64,000 nt of DNA from Candidatus Multivorans sp. (GCA_965224025.1 OZ245033.1:4000001-4064000), one strand, 5' to 3'. Counted from the stretch's first letter, positions 28,540 through 39,670 are shown. A program made the numbers and translations. Notes: generated from the sequence alone by a model not told the origin.

Positions 28540-30105
28540 GCTTCTGGAGAGGCACGATGAGGAGTCCCGGCGCTGGAGTCCTCTGATACGAGAGCCGCTG
28601 CCGCGGCTGTTCGACCGAAACCAAGTCAATCCCCTCGTTCTGCCCTTCGTCGCCGGCCTGCACAGCCTGGAGGTCTCGGGCCAGCTCTCGGCCGGCGACC
28701 TGAACGAAAGCCAGATCCGCCTAGCGGTGACGATCCTCTACCTTTTTCGGCTAGCCGACCCGAACAGCGCCGACGGGGCCGGCCAATACCGGCCCAAATG
28801 GTCCCGGGACCTGCTGCGCGACGAGCCGGCGTTGTTGGCTGACGTGCTTCGCCGCAGCGCTGGGCTGAAACTAGAGACCGGCCTCCAACCGGCGGCAGAA
28901 CTGCGCGAACTCGCAAACGCCGAAGACCATCGAGGGATTGCCGAGTTGGTCTCCCTGTCTTTGCTTGAGGGCTTCCCGAAGGCGGAGACCGAAGCCGCCC
29001 TGATGTCGCTCTGTTGGTTGCTGAACGCGGCACTGATGAGTTGCGACTGGCCGAAAGTCGGCAGCGTGATTGAAGAACGGCTCGGAACAGGCGGCCAAGA
29101 GGAGGCGGAACACGGTTGCTGGCTGGCAGCGGGGTATCTCGTGGCGCCGGAACGGTTCCGGGAGGACCTTCGCAGTTTGGCGAAAGACGGGGACGGTCTG
29201 AAGTGGCTGGCGAGGTTCGTGACGGCCGGGAGACTCCCGATGGACTTCACCCGGCGGTTCACTACTGGCGACTTCGAACCGCTCGTAGCCGCGATGGGAG
29301 CAGCGCTGAGGCTCCACGGATTGCCGGAAAGAGCGTACTGGGCCACGGCGGACGTGATCGCCACGCTCGGCGGCGACCCGAGCGCCGCTGCAACGGAAAC
29401 TCTGGAGGCGCTGACGAGAATGCCCGATGCGAAGCCCTGGTCGCCCGCCATTGCAAACGCCAAGGAGCGCCAGGCCCGGAAACGCCGAGAACACGAGTAC
29501 CGCCATAGCGACCTCCGGCAGGTCGTCCGGACGCTCGACAACGCGGCCCCGGCGAACGCGGGAGATCTCGCGGCACTCGTGTCGCTGAGCTGGAGAACCT
29601 CTGCCACAAGATTCGCGACGGGAACACGTCGGACTGGCGCCAATACTGGAACGTCGATGGCTACAGCCGCCCGGAGAAACCCAGGCCGGAGGACGCATGC
29701 CGGGACGCGGTGCTGTCCGACCTGCAGGAGCGACTCGGTCGGTTAGGCATCGATGCTCAGCGAGAAGGCTCCTATGCCGAGGACAAGCGGTCCGACATCC
29801 GCGTCAGCTACGGTGGTTTCAATATTCCCGTGGAGATCAAGCGAAGTTGCCACCGTGACGTTTGGACGGCGATCCGACGTCAACTGGTCGCCAAGTACAC
29901 CCGGGACCCCGGGGCCGCAGGCTACGGAATCTACCTGGTGTTCTGGTTTGGCGACACCGAGACATGTCGGCCCACGAAGTGCGAAGGCTGGACTCCGCAG
30001 ACGGCGGAAGACCTCAGGTCGAGGATCGAGCAGTCGTTCGACGATCAGGAACGCCAGTTGATTGCGGTCTGCGTGGTGGACGTCTCCACGCCGGCCTGGT
30101 CCTAG
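28540..30105 (+). pseudogene. 5'-truncated, frameshifted large protein with a C-terminal PD-(D/E)xK nuclease-like domain
   Basis: Frame open upstream of 28727 with no start; frameshift near 29580; 'EG..AEDKRSDI...PVEIKRS...QLVAKY...GIYLVFWFG'. Confidence 0.65.
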
Positions 30106-30130
30106 CTGTCAGCGAACGGTCCCCGCGACC

Positions 30131-30388
30131 TCAGGCGGCGTCGCCCTTACCGATCCACTCGCGAAGCGCCGCATCGATTCGCGTCTGCCATCCGCGACCG
30201 CCGGCCCTGAAGTGATCGATCACGTCGCGCGAGAGACGGATCGTCGTCGACACCTTCGGCTTGGCGCTTCGCGGCCGGCCCCGGCGAACCGTCGTCTTCG
30301 CGAACTTCTCCGGCCAGCCGTCGGCGGAAAGGTCCGGAGCGAGGTCCTTCTCAGAATCTCGGGCCGTAGAGCGTTTGTTCGCGTTCAT
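30131..30388 (-). CDS. brnA: BrnA-family antitoxin
   Basis: RRGRP...KVSTTIRLSRDVIDHFRAGGRGWQTRIDAAL. Confidence 0.9.
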   Translation of the reverse strand: MNANKRSTARDSEKDLAPDLSADGWPEKFAKTTVRRGRPRSAKPKVSTTIRLSRDVIDHFRAGGRGWQTRIDAALREWIGKGDAA

Positions 30389-30620
30389 TGGCTTTCCTCA
30401 TGCTGATGATCCGGTAAGCGCCGTCGCGCCGTGTCCAAACGAGAACCACCATCCGGTGGTCAAGGAAACCGATCGTGATGAAGCGGTCCTCTTCGTAGTC
30501 CTGCCGGACGTCTTCGACGGTCAGTGTTGCGCCCTCGAGCACCTCACCAGCCCGGGCCATGTCGAGGCCCCTGGCCTTGAGAGTCGCCGAGCGCTTCGCG
30601 GTGTCGAACTCGATCCGCAC
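30351..30620 (-). CDS. brnT: BrnT-family toxin
   Basis: IEFDTAK, DYEEDRFITIG, RIISMRKANERE. Confidence 0.9.
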   Translation of the reverse strand: MRIEFDTAKRSATLKARGLDMARAGEVLEGATLTVEDVRQDYEEDRFITIGFLDHRMVVLVWTRRDGAYRIISMRKANEREQTLYGPRF

Positions 30621-30714
30621 AATTGATGTTACTACAAAAATGCGGTGCGCCGCCCAACAGCGAGCCGCTACAACTCGTACCGGTTCGGCCGGGCCGACGG
30701 ACCGGGAAGGACCG

Positions 30715-32481
30715 TCAAGGCAGCGCGAACACGAACAGCGTGTTGTTGGAACTCGGACGGAGCTCCGACGTCAGCCTCCGGAAGGTCGAGGTCGAGCCGC
30801 CCTCGGCGCCGGTGCCGACGGCCACGTACTGGCGTCCGTCCACCGCGTAGCTGACCGGAAAGCCGGTCACCGAGGAGCCGACGTTGATCTCCCACAGCAC
30901 CTCGCCGGTTTCCTGGTCCAGGGCCCAGAAGCGGCCGCCCACGTCGCCGCCGAAGACGAGACCGCCCCCGGTTGCGGCGAGCGACATGGTCGCCGGCAGG
31001 CGCTCGTGGAGCCAGCGCGTTTCACCGGTCTCGGCGGAGATCGCGTAGACCGTGCCGAGCAGTTCCTTCCCAGGCGCGAACTGGGTGTCGTTCACGAGCG
31101 CGTAGTGCATGGCGCCACGGCCCACGCGCGTCGTCATCTCGGAGCACAGGTTCCGGAGCGGGTAGTACATCGTGTTCGTCAGCGGACTGTAGGCGCCGGC
31201 CTCCCAGTCCTTGCCGCCGAGGAGCGAGGGGCAGATCAGCCGCTGCTGCTCCAGCTCGGTGAACACGACTTCCGGGTTCTCGATCACGGCGCCGGTTTCG
31301 CCGTCGATCCGCTCGATCACGTTCTGGGGCACGGTCGGACGCGCCCACAGGAACTCGCCCGTCTCGCGGTCGAGGGTGTAGACCAGGCCGGTCTTGCCCG
31401 GCACACCGGTTACGACTCTGCGTATCTCACCCGCTTCGATCCGGGGATTCCGCCACGCGACGGCCTCCTCGTCCGGCGCCACGGCCGTATCGACGAGCAA
31501 CCGTTCGAACGGATGGTCCAGGTCCCAGTGGTCGTTCAGGTGCTGGTAGTACCAGGGCACGTTGCCGCTATCGACCTCCAGCGCCAGGGTCGAGTTGTGG
31601 AAGAGGTGCCTCTTCTCGTGGCCGCCGAGCAGGAACTTGGGCGCCGGCGAGGTGACCGACGTGCCCAGGATGAGCAGTTCGAGTTCCGGGTCGTAGCTCG
31701 GCGCCATCCAGGACCCGACGTGGTGGCGATCCTCGAACGGCAAGTCGCCCCAGGTCTCGTTGCCGGGCTCGCCCGGCCGGGGGATCAGCGGCCGGCGCCA
31801 GAGTTCTTCGCCGGTCACAGCATTGTGGGCCGCGATGAAGCAGGCCTCGGGCCCCCGGTGCGGCCGGCAGCTACGCCCCGAGATGACCCGGCCCGCGGCG
31901 ACGATCGGCCCGGTCGAGTGCCTGGCCGGATCCTCCTCGTAGTCGACGATCTGGGTCTCCCAGGCCAGTTCGCCGGTCACCGCGTCGAGCGCATACACGT
32001 AGCCGTCGTTCGCGGTGTCGATGATCAATTCCCCGTAGATCGCCAGGCTCCGGTTGACCGTCTCCAGCCCGCCGACGTAGGTCGCGATGTCCTTCGGGAT
32101 CGGACGTTTGTACTCCCACAGGAGATCGCCCGTCGCCGCATCGATCGCCTGGGTCACGCTGCTCGGATTCGGGTAGTACATGACGCCGTCGTAGACCAGC
32201 GGCGTTCCCTGCTGGCTGCCCGGCTCCAGGCCGCGCGCCCAGGCCAGGGTCAGTTCGCCGACGTTCTCCCGGTCGATCTGCTCGAGCGGGCTGTAGGCCC
32301 AGCCGTTCTGGGTACGGCGCCAGTGCAGCCAATCGGCGGGGTCGGGATCCTCCAGCATGGCGTCGGTCACCGGGACGAAGGCGCCCTCCGACTGGGCGGC
32401 TGCCGCGGGCGCCACCAGGGACACGAGGGCCGTCGCCGCGGCAATCCGTAGGAAAAATCGAAGAAAACGCTCTCGACTCAT
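30715..32481 (-). CDS. Secreted PQQ-dependent (alcohol-type) dehydrogenase
   Basis: Signal peptide; YSPLEQIDRENV, TPLVYDGVMY, DHWDLD, PVSYAVDGRQYVAV. Confidence 0.88.
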   Translation of the reverse strand: MSRERFLRFFLRIAAATALVSLVAPAAAAQSEGAFVPVTDAMLEDPDPADWLHWRRTQNGWAYSPLEQIDRENVGELTLAWARGLEPGSQQGTPLVYDGVMYYPNPSSVTQAIDAATGDLLWEYKRPIPKDIATYVGGLETVNRSLAIYGELIIDTANDGYVYALDAVTGELAWETQIVDYEEDPARHSTGPIVAAGRVISGRSCRPHRGPEACFIAAHNAVTGEELWRRPLIPRPGEPGNETWGDLPFEDRHHVGSWMAPSYDPELELLILGTSVTSPAPKFLLGGHEKRHLFHNSTLALEVDSGNVPWYYQHLNDHWDLDHPFERLLVDTAVAPDEEAVAWRNPRIEAGEIRRVVTGVPGKTGLVYTLDRETGEFLWARPTVPQNVIERIDGETGAVIENPEVVFTELEQQRLICPSLLGGKDWEAGAYSPLTNTMYYPLRNLCSEMTTRVGRGAMHYALVNDTQFAPGKELLGTVYAISAETGETRWLHERLPATMSLAATGGGLVFGGDVGGRFWALDQETGEVLWEINVGSSVTGFPVSYAVDGRQYVAVGTGAEGGSTSTFRRLTSELRPSSNNTLFVFALP

Positions 32482-32591
32482 ACTCGGACTCCCCGGCCAG
32501 GATCTCTTGCAGATAGCCAGCGGCGAGCGTAGCGCAGGAGAAACGGCTCACGCCGCCCGCAGCACTCGGCAGACGGCGCTATCCTCACCCG

Positions 32592-33839
32592 ATGGCAACG
32601 ACGGACAACGGCCGGATCGTGATCACCGGCCTCGGCGCCGTGACACCGGTTGGCAACGATGTCGAGACCTTCTGGCGGCGGATGAAGGCCGGCGACTCGG
32701 GCGCCGGGCCGATCAGCGCGTTCGACACCGATGCCTTCACGGTGAAGATCGCCTGCGAGGTGCATGACTTCGACCCCACCGAGTGGCTGGCCGGCAAGTC
32801 TGCCCGACGCCTCGCGCGCTCGACCCACTTCGCGGTGGCATCGGCCAAGCAGGCACTCCTGGACGCCGATCTGAAGATCGACGCCGCCGCAACCCACCGC
32901 TACGGGATCACGTTCAACACCGGCGGCGGCGGCGTGGCGAGCATGGAGGACGGCACGCGGCAACTGGTCGAGCGCGGGCCGCGCAAGGCGAACCCCTTCC
33001 TGATCACCGACGTGATGCCGAACGCCGTCTCGTGCCTGATCTCGATCGAGCTCGGCGTCACCGGCCCCACCACCACCTCGACCCTGGCGTGCGCGAGCGG
33101 CAACTACGCCCTGCTCGAGGCCTACAGACTGCTGCGCTCGGGCGAAGTCGACGCGGTGGTCGCCGGCGGCACGGAAGCCGCCATCACGCCGTTGATCGTC
33201 GCCACGTTCTCCCGCCTGCAGGCTCTCTCAACCCGGAACGACGACCCGCGGGCCGCGAGCCGTCCTTTCGACGCCGACCGCGACGGCTTCGTGTTCGGCG
33301 AGGGCGCCGCCGCGTTCGTGGTCGAGACCGAGCGGCACGCGGAGGAACGGGGCGCCCGCATCTACGCCGAGGTCAGAGGCGGCGCGGTCACCGCCGACGC
33401 GCACCACCTGACCGCGCCGCGCCCCGACGGCACAGGCGCGGCGGCGGCAATGACCCGAGCCCTCGAGTCGAGCGATACGGACCCCTGCGAGGTCGACGCG
33501 GTGTTCGCCCACGGCACGGCGACACCCCTGGGCGACGTCGCCGAGACGTTGGCGATCAAGGCGGCGCTCGGGGAGCGCGCTCGGGACGTCGCCGTGACCG
33601 CCACCAAGTCCCAGGTCGGCCACATGCTGGGCGCCGCGGGCGCCGTCTCGGCGCTGGCCGCGGTCAAGACGATCGAGGAGGGCACGATTTGCCCGACGAT
33701 CAACCTGGATCGGCCGGACCCGGACTGCGACCTCGACTACGTTCCGAACCGGGCCCGTGCCCACCCCACCGGCATCGCGCTCATCAACGCCTTCGGCTTC
33801 GGCGGCCAGAACGTCGTCATCGTTCTAGGCGAGGGCTGA
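32592..33839 (+). CDS. fabF: Beta-ketoacyl-ACP synthase II
   Basis: VITGLG, ACASG, AHGT, KSQVGHMLGAAG, NAFGFGG. Confidence 0.88.
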   Translation: MATTDNGRIVITGLGAVTPVGNDVETFWRRMKAGDSGAGPISAFDTDAFTVKIACEVHDFDPTEWLAGKSARRLARSTHFAVASAKQALLDADLKIDAAATHRYGITFNTGGGGVASMEDGTRQLVERGPRKANPFLITDVMPNAVSCLISIELGVTGPTTTSTLACASGNYALLEAYRLLRSGEVDAVVAGGTEAAITPLIVATFSRLQALSTRNDDPRAASRPFDADRDGFVFGEGAAAFVVETERHAEERGARIYAEVRGGAVTADAHHLTAPRPDGTGAAAAMTRALESSDTDPCEVDAVFAHGTATPLGDVAETLAIKAALGERARDVAVTATKSQVGHMLGAAGAVSALAAVKTIEEGTICPTINLDRPDPDCDLDYVPNRARAHPTGIALINAFGFGGQNVVIVLGEG

Positions 33840-33849
33840 GAAGTCCGAC

Positions 33850-34521
33850 CTACCTCCGGCCGAGCACCCTCTCCCGTACCGAAGCCAGCACACGCCGCAG
33901 CGCGCGGGGCGCTGTGTAGTCCACGATCCAGGCCGGGAGTCGGCCGCCAAGGTCGCTCAGCAGCCGGTAAACGACGACGGTCCGTTCGGGATTCAGCGGA
34001 ATCAGCGTCCAGGAGCCTTTGCTTTCCAAGACATTCCCGGAGCCCTCGACGTACGTCCAACGAGCCTGCCAACCCGGACCGGCGCTTGTCTCCACGGCCC
34101 CGGTCTCCACCCGAACCGTGTAGCGCCGATCCTCGACGGGGAACGGCATGTCCAGGATCTGCCGGTTCAGGTAGACGCCCGGCGAGATCGGCTCGACCTC
34201 GGACTCGAGGATCCGTGGCATGAACTCGTCGAAGTCCGCCGCCGCGTCGATGACACCCCGCACCGCCGCCAGAGGCGCTTCAATCAGGCCTAGGCCGCAA
34301 CCCTCGCGGATGCGGCCACCCGCGCCACGTCTCGACACACGCCACTTCCCAACTGCCGGCAGGTCCCACGCGAGGGGGCTGCCGCCGAGACGTTTCTTTG
34401 GCGCTGACCTGAGATCGACCTCACATGGGTCCATCGCCTTCGCTGGAGGGACGACCAGCGCCAGACAAACCACGAGCGCGCCGGCCGCTCTTTCCATGCC
34501 GTCGGACTCTACTGCGGCCAT
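33850..34521 (-). CDS. START/SRPBCC-domain protein
   Basis: 'DMPFPVEDRRY', 'GSWTLIP', 'DLGGRLPAWIV'; start uncertain. Confidence 0.72.
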   Translation of the reverse strand: MAAVESDGMERAAGALVVCLALVVPPAKAMDPCEVDLRSAPKKRLGGSPLAWDLPAVGKWRVSRRGAGGRIREGCGLGLIEAPLAAVRGVIDAAADFDEFMPRILESEVEPISPGVYLNRQILDMPFPVEDRRYTVRVETGAVETSAGPGWQARWTYVEGSGNVLESKGSWTLIPLNPERTVVVYRLLSDLGGRLPAWIVDYTAPRALRRVLASVRERVLGRR

Positions 34522-34685
34522 GGGAGATCCCGGCTCGTTCGTCAGTTCTTCCTGAACCCCTGCCGATGGCCGACGCCTCGATCCTCGCAACCGCCTACTC
34601 CGAAGAGGCGGAGCTCTGGACCCAGGACGCGGACTCGAAGGCTTGCCGGACGTGCGCTACTTCCCGAGGTAAACCGCGACCGGTT

Positions 34686-36044
34686 TCACCCTCCCCTTCG
34701 CTCCGCCCGCAACCGCCCGAAGTAGTCGAACGCCGCTCGCTTCACCTTGGGGGCCAGCAGCAGCGTCGCGATCAGGTTCGGCACCGCCATCAACGCCAGC
34801 GCCGTGTCGATCAGGTTGATCACCATGCCGGCGCTCCACCAGGCGCCGACGAAGATGCCCCCGAGGTAGAACCAAGTGTAAAGGCCGTCCCGCTTCGCGC
34901 CGAACAGGTAGGCGAAGCAGCGCTTGCCGTAGTACGAGTAGCTGACCATCGTCGAGATCGCGAACATCATCACGATCAGCACCAGCAACGCGCGGCCCGG
35001 CGCGCCCAGGGTGCTCTGGACCGCGTCCGCGGTCAGCGAAACGCCGGTGATCTCGCCGACGGTCTCCAGGCCGCTCGACAGGATCACGAAGGCAGTCAGG
35101 CTGCAGACCACGATGGTGTCGATGAAGGGGCCCAGCATCGCGACCAGCCCCTCCCGGACCGGTTCGTTCGTCTTCGCGGCGCCGTGGGCGAGGGGCGCTG
35201 TGCCGAGCCCGGCCTCGTTCGAGAACGCGGCGCGCCGGACGCCGATCATCATGGCCTGCTGGAAGCCGATCCCCATGGCGCCGCCGGCCGCGGCGGCGCC
35301 GGTGAAGGCTTCGCGGAAGATGCGGCCGAACACCTCGACGGCAACGTCCGAGCGCACGAACAGGACGCAGAGCGCCATGCCCAGGTACAGCAGGCACATG
35401 ACCGGCACGAATCGTCCCGTCACCGCGCCGATCCGTTCGACGCCTCCGAAGGCCACCAGCGCCACCAGGGCGACGCAGCCCACGCCGGCCAGGCGCGGAT
35501 CGAGTCCGAACTGGGCGTCCAGGAGTTCCGCCACCTGGTTGCTCTGGAACATCGGCAGGCAGCCGAACAGGCCGAAGGTGCAGAACATGATCGCCAGCGG
35601 CCGGAACTTCTTTCCGAGACCGAGTTCGATCGTGTACATCGTCCCGCCGAGGAGCGCGCCCCGCTCGTCCCGGCCGCGGTAGATCTGGGACAACGTGCAG
35701 GAGAAGAACTTGGTGCCCATGCCGACGACAGCCGCCACCCACATCCAGAACACGGCACCCGCGCCGCCCTGAGTGACGGCGATCGCGACACCGCCGATGT
35801 TGCCGACGCCGATCGTCGCCGCCAGCGCCGTGGACAGCGCCTGGAAGTGGCTGATGTGCCCCGGATCGTCGTCGGAGTCGTACTTCCCGAGGGTTACCGC
35901 CGTGGCGTGCCCCATGTGGAAAAGGGGCCGAAGGCGCAGGTAGAGGCAGAAGAAGGCGCCCGAACCGATCAGCAGGACGACCAGGGGCATGCCCCAGGCG
36001 TACCCGACCGCGACCTCCAGGAAGCGGTCCAACGAGTCCAGCAT
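34686..36044 (-). CDS. Alanine/glycine:cation symporter (AGCS)
   Basis: ISHFQALSTALAATIGVGNI, FSNEAGLG, GPFIDT. Confidence 0.93.
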   Translation of the reverse strand: MLDSLDRFLEVAVGYAWGMPLVVLLIGSGAFFCLYLRLRPLFHMGHATAVTLGKYDSDDDPGHISHFQALSTALAATIGVGNIGGVAIAVTQGGAGAVFWMWVAAVVGMGTKFFSCTLSQIYRGRDERGALLGGTMYTIELGLGKKFRPLAIMFCTFGLFGCLPMFQSNQVAELLDAQFGLDPRLAGVGCVALVALVAFGGVERIGAVTGRFVPVMCLLYLGMALCVLFVRSDVAVEVFGRIFREAFTGAAAAGGAMGIGFQQAMMIGVRRAAFSNEAGLGTAPLAHGAAKTNEPVREGLVAMLGPFIDTIVVCSLTAFVILSSGLETVGEITGVSLTADAVQSTLGAPGRALLVLIVMMFAISTMVSYSYYGKRCFAYLFGAKRDGLYTWFYLGGIFVGAWWSAGMVINLIDTALALMAVPNLIATLLLAPKVKRAAFDYFGRLRAERRGG

Positions 36045-36095
36045 CTAGGGTTCCGTCTCCTACGCCGACTTACGAACCGGCGCATCGCACCGGCA

Positions 36096-36121
36096 GCGGG
36101 CAGGATGCCCGCGTTCCCAGG
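36096..36121. repeat. REP-like palindrome copy
   Basis: GCGGGCAGGATGCCCGCGTTCCCAGG. Confidence 0.8.
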
Positions 36122-36181
36122 ATCCCGCGCGCCGGCAGCGCTTTCCGGCCGCCGCGCGCTCTCATTGGGTCACCGGCCCGA

Positions 36182-37714
36182 TCATTCGACCATCGGTTCG
36201 AGGCTCAACGGATCGCGCGCCGGCAGCATGGTGACCCCGCCGCCGATCTTCTCCGCAATCTCCGCCATCGTGGCGCGGCCATCGCTGTCGCCCGGTTCGA
36301 TCGCCTTCCAGTCGCCGACGATCAGCATGACGAGCTTGTCCGGCATCAGATGCCGCCCCGCCACCCGCTGCACATCCGCTGGTGCCACTGCCTCGATGTT
36401 CTGCCGGTAGTCCTGCCAGTAGCTGTGCGGACGGCCAAGGAACTCGTCCTGCGCGAAGATGGAGGCCACCGCCAGAGCAGACTCGAAGTTGCTCGGGAAG
36501 GTCTCGATGGCGGACGCCTTGACCGTCTGGAGTTCATCCTCAGGTACCGGTTCAGCGCGCATGCGGTCGACCTCCTCGAGCGCGATCTTGGCCGCGAAGG
36601 CCACCGTCTCGCTCTTCGACTGGAAGGCGATGCTGAGATTGCCGGGCCAGTAGTTGCCGATACCGAAGTTCGAGTACGCGCCGTAGGCGAGTCCCTCGTC
36701 CGAACGGATCCGTTTCATCAGCCGCGACGTGAAGCCGCCGCCGCCGAGGACGCCGTTCATCATCGAGAGCGCGAAGTGGTCGGGATCGTCCCAATCCTGG
36801 CGCTGGAAGGTCCGGTGGCCGATCTGCACCCGTCCCTGCGGGACGTCCTGCTGGGCGACGTAGACGCCCGCCGGGGGCTCGTGCTCCGCCCCTTGCGGCG
36901 GCCACGGCGCCTCTTGCCGTCCTTCGCCATCGAAGCGGTCAAGCAACGCCGACAGCTTGGCGGCGAGTTCGTCGCTGTCGAAGTCTCCGGCCGCCGCAAC
37001 GACCATGTGCCCCGGATGGACGTACCTGCGGTGGAAGGCGGCCAGGTTTCCCTGCTCGATCGCCGAAAGCGAGGCCTCGGTGACGAACCGTGACTCGACG
37101 TGGTCCCGTCCGTAGAGCAGCCACTGGCCTTCCCGGCCCGCTACATCGACCGGATCGTCGTTGCGCTGCTTGAGGTTCTCCAGCTCGTTCTGCTTCGCAA
37201 GATCGAGGCGCTCCACATCGAAACGGGGCTCGCTGAGCATGGAGAAGAACAGGTCGAGACACTCGTCGAGAACCGTGGACAGGCAGTTCATCGACATCCG
37301 GGCGCTCGTGCTCCCGACAAAGGACGAGAAGTTGCCGGCAACCGCTTCCACGGCCTCGTCGAAGGCCTTCGCTTCGAGTTCGCCGGCGCCGCCCGTTCGC
37401 ATCAGCGTGCCTGTGAGGTCGGCCAGCCCAGCCTGCTCCGCCGGCGCCAGGTAGGCGCCGATGCGGAGGCGCACCGTGATGTCGACCAGCGGCAGCGCGT
37501 GGTCTTCCACCAGGTAGGCGGGAACGTTGCCCGCAAGCTCGCGCCGGTAGGACTCGGCGTCGGGCAGATCGAAGTCGAGCGGACCGTAGGTCAGATCGGT
37601 CGGATGATCGACGATCTCGGCGCCGCTCTGCGCGCCGCCAGAGGCCGCCACGCCGAGGAACAGGGCCAGGAAGACCGGAACGCTCAAATGCCCAAGTTGC
37701 CCGCGACCGATCAT
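36182..37714 (-). CDS. M16 peptidase, non-catalytic subunit
   Basis: LVEDHALPLV, GGGGFTSRL..IRSDEGLAY; no HxxEH. Confidence 0.88.
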   Translation of the reverse strand: MIGRGQLGHLSVPVFLALFLGVAASGGAQSGAEIVDHPTDLTYGPLDFDLPDAESYRRELAGNVPAYLVEDHALPLVDITVRLRIGAYLAPAEQAGLADLTGTLMRTGGAGELEAKAFDEAVEAVAGNFSSFVGSTSARMSMNCLSTVLDECLDLFFSMLSEPRFDVERLDLAKQNELENLKQRNDDPVDVAGREGQWLLYGRDHVESRFVTEASLSAIEQGNLAAFHRRYVHPGHMVVAAAGDFDSDELAAKLSALLDRFDGEGRQEAPWPPQGAEHEPPAGVYVAQQDVPQGRVQIGHRTFQRQDWDDPDHFALSMMNGVLGGGGFTSRLMKRIRSDEGLAYGAYSNFGIGNYWPGNLSIAFQSKSETVAFAAKIALEEVDRMRAEPVPEDELQTVKASAIETFPSNFESALAVASIFAQDEFLGRPHSYWQDYRQNIEAVAPADVQRVAGRHLMPDKLVMLIVGDWKAIEPGDSDGRATMAEIAEKIGGGVTMLPARDPLSLEPMVE

Positions 37715-39528
37715 GGTGCCCCCCCTTCGCCTTCCCGCAGTTCGGCTAGCCGTTCCTCGATCACGCCGCGCATCCAGTCGAGCGCCGGCCGCATCTCGTC
37801 CTCCACCTGGCCGATCTGGGCATCGATCTGCTGGAGAACCGAGTCCAATTGGGCCGGATCGTCGATCGCTTCGATCGCCTTCGCCTGGGAGATCAGGGCC
37901 GTCCGCATTTCCGGCGGCAGGGCCTCCAGTTCGGCGGGCGTCTCCTGCGCCTCGGTGCCCGCCTTGCGGTAGTAGAGGCTGACCAGCCGGTTGGACGGTT
38001 CGAAGTACTTCGCCGCCACCCGCTGCACGTCCTCGGCAGAGACCTGGTTCGTGCGCTCCGCCACCGTGTTCAGGTAGCGCCAGTCGCCCATCGCATCCAT
38101 GACCGCCAACTGGATCATCAGGAAGAACGGGTCCCGGAGTTGCCGGTAGGTGTCCGCCGAAACCCGGTTCTTGACCTTGGCGAGTTCGTCCTCCGGCACC
38201 GGCTCGGCGATCAGTTCCGCCACGACCTCGTCCCAGCCGGCGAGGAGTTGTTCGGGTGCGGCGTCGCCCTTCGTCTCGGACCGCAGGTTGAACACGCCGG
38301 CGTATTTTCTCGCCTCGTAGAAGGCGCCGGCGTTGGACGCGATCTCGGCGCCCTCGACCATTTCCTCGTACAGGCGACCGGTGCGGCCGTTGAGGACGCC
38401 CGCGATCACGTCGAGCGCGTACCCATCGGCATGTCCGAACGGCACCGCGTGGTACCGGAGCTGAAGCTGCGGCTGGCAGTCGCACTCGGCGGTGAGCCGT
38501 TTCTCGGCCAGTTGCTCGGCCTCGAGCGTGACGACATCCGGAATCTCGCGTTCGCTCCGCTCCAGGCGGCCGAAGTAGCGTTCGGCCAGTTCCCGGACCT
38601 CGGCCGGATCGAAGTTGCCGACCAGGATGCCGGTCAGATTGTTCGGGGCGTAGTAGGTGGCGAAGAACTCGTCGGCCTGGGCCTTGCTGATCACCTCCAG
38701 GTCGGACGGCCAGCCCACCACGGGCCAACTGTACGGGTGGGATTGCCAGAACATGGCGTCCGCCTGCTCGTCGTAGCGGCCCGTCGGCGTCGACTCGGTG
38801 CGCAGGCGCCTCTCCTCGTACACCACGTCGCGCTCGGAGTAGAACTCCCGGAACACCGGATTCAGCAGCCGGTCGGACTCGAGCCAGAACCAGAGTTCGA
38901 GCCTGTTCGCCGGCAACTGGTTGATGTAGACCGTGAAGTCCTCGCTGGTGAAGGCGTTCAGACTCGTGCCTCCGCCGTCGGTGTAGACCTTGTCCAGTTC
39001 GTCCTTGACCATGAGTTCCCGCTGCTCCTCCACGAGTTCCTGGAACTCCGCGCGCAGGGCGTTCAGGGTGTCGGTGCGGTGAGCCGGGTCGTAGGGGTCG
39101 TCGATCTGGCCCAGCCGGTAGCGGCGACGCTGCTCGCGGAGTTCGGCCCGGATCTGCTCCTGGACCGCCTCCTGTTCCGCGATGATCTCAAGGTCCCGCT
39201 CGATGTCCCTGGTCCCGATCGTGTGCGTGCCCTTGAACATCATGTGCTCGAAGAAGTGGGCGAGGCCGGTGATTCCCGGCCGCTCGTTCGCCGAACCGAC
39301 ATGGGCCGCCCAAGCGGCCGCCACCGTGGTCAACTCCGGGCGCCTCACGAGCAGGAAGCGCATGCCGTTGTCGAGTTCGAACTCCTCGACCGGCACGGCC
39401 GCCGCGGCCGGCGCGTCCTGAGCCGCCACGCCGCCGGGCCAGGCGAGCGGGAGTGCGAGTGCAAGCGCCGCAAGCAGAGCCACGCGGGCAGCCGCGGATC
39501 CGCCGCCGTTGTCTGGAAGCCTGGTCAC
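37711..39528 (-). CDS. M16 zinc peptidase, catalytic subunit
   Basis: RBS plus GTG at 39528; signal peptide; GLAHFFEHMMFKG, NAFTSEDFT. Confidence 0.9.
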   Translation of the reverse strand: MTRLPDNGGGSAAARVALLAALALALPLAWPGGVAAQDAPAAAAVPVEEFELDNGMRFLLVRRPELTTVAAAWAAHVGSANERPGITGLAHFFEHMMFKGTHTIGTRDIERDLEIIAEQEAVQEQIRAELREQRRRYRLGQIDDPYDPAHRTDTLNALRAEFQELVEEQRELMVKDELDKVYTDGGGTSLNAFTSEDFTVYINQLPANRLELWFWLESDRLLNPVFREFYSERDVVYEERRLRTESTPTGRYDEQADAMFWQSHPYSWPVVGWPSDLEVISKAQADEFFATYYAPNNLTGILVGNFDPAEVRELAERYFGRLERSEREIPDVVTLEAEQLAEKRLTAECDCQPQLQLRYHAVPFGHADGYALDVIAGVLNGRTGRLYEEMVEGAEIASNAGAFYEARKYAGVFNLRSETKGDAAPEQLLAGWDEVVAELIAEPVPEDELAKVKNRVSADTYRQLRDPFFLMIQLAVMDAMGDWRYLNTVAERTNQVSAEDVQRVAAKYFEPSNRLVSLYYRKAGTEAQETPAELEALPPEMRTALISQAKAIEAIDDPAQLDSVLQQIDAQIGQVEDEMRPALDWMRGVIEERLAELREGEGGAP

Positions 39529-39670
39529 AAACGGTCCCCTCCTTTTCGGGTTTCCCTCCCCGCACCGCGCGAGGATATCCACCGGGGGCAAGGCGACTCT
39601 ACCGCCTCGACCGGAGCGCCGCCGCACAACGGCAACGTCCAGGATCATTCCAGAGTCCGACGCTCGCGGC

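Noticed and set aside
32592-34521. Type II PKS cluster (KS plus cyclase-like START protein)
   Set aside because: No ACP or chain-length factor is nearby, the genes are convergent, and the KS has ordinary FabF motifs.
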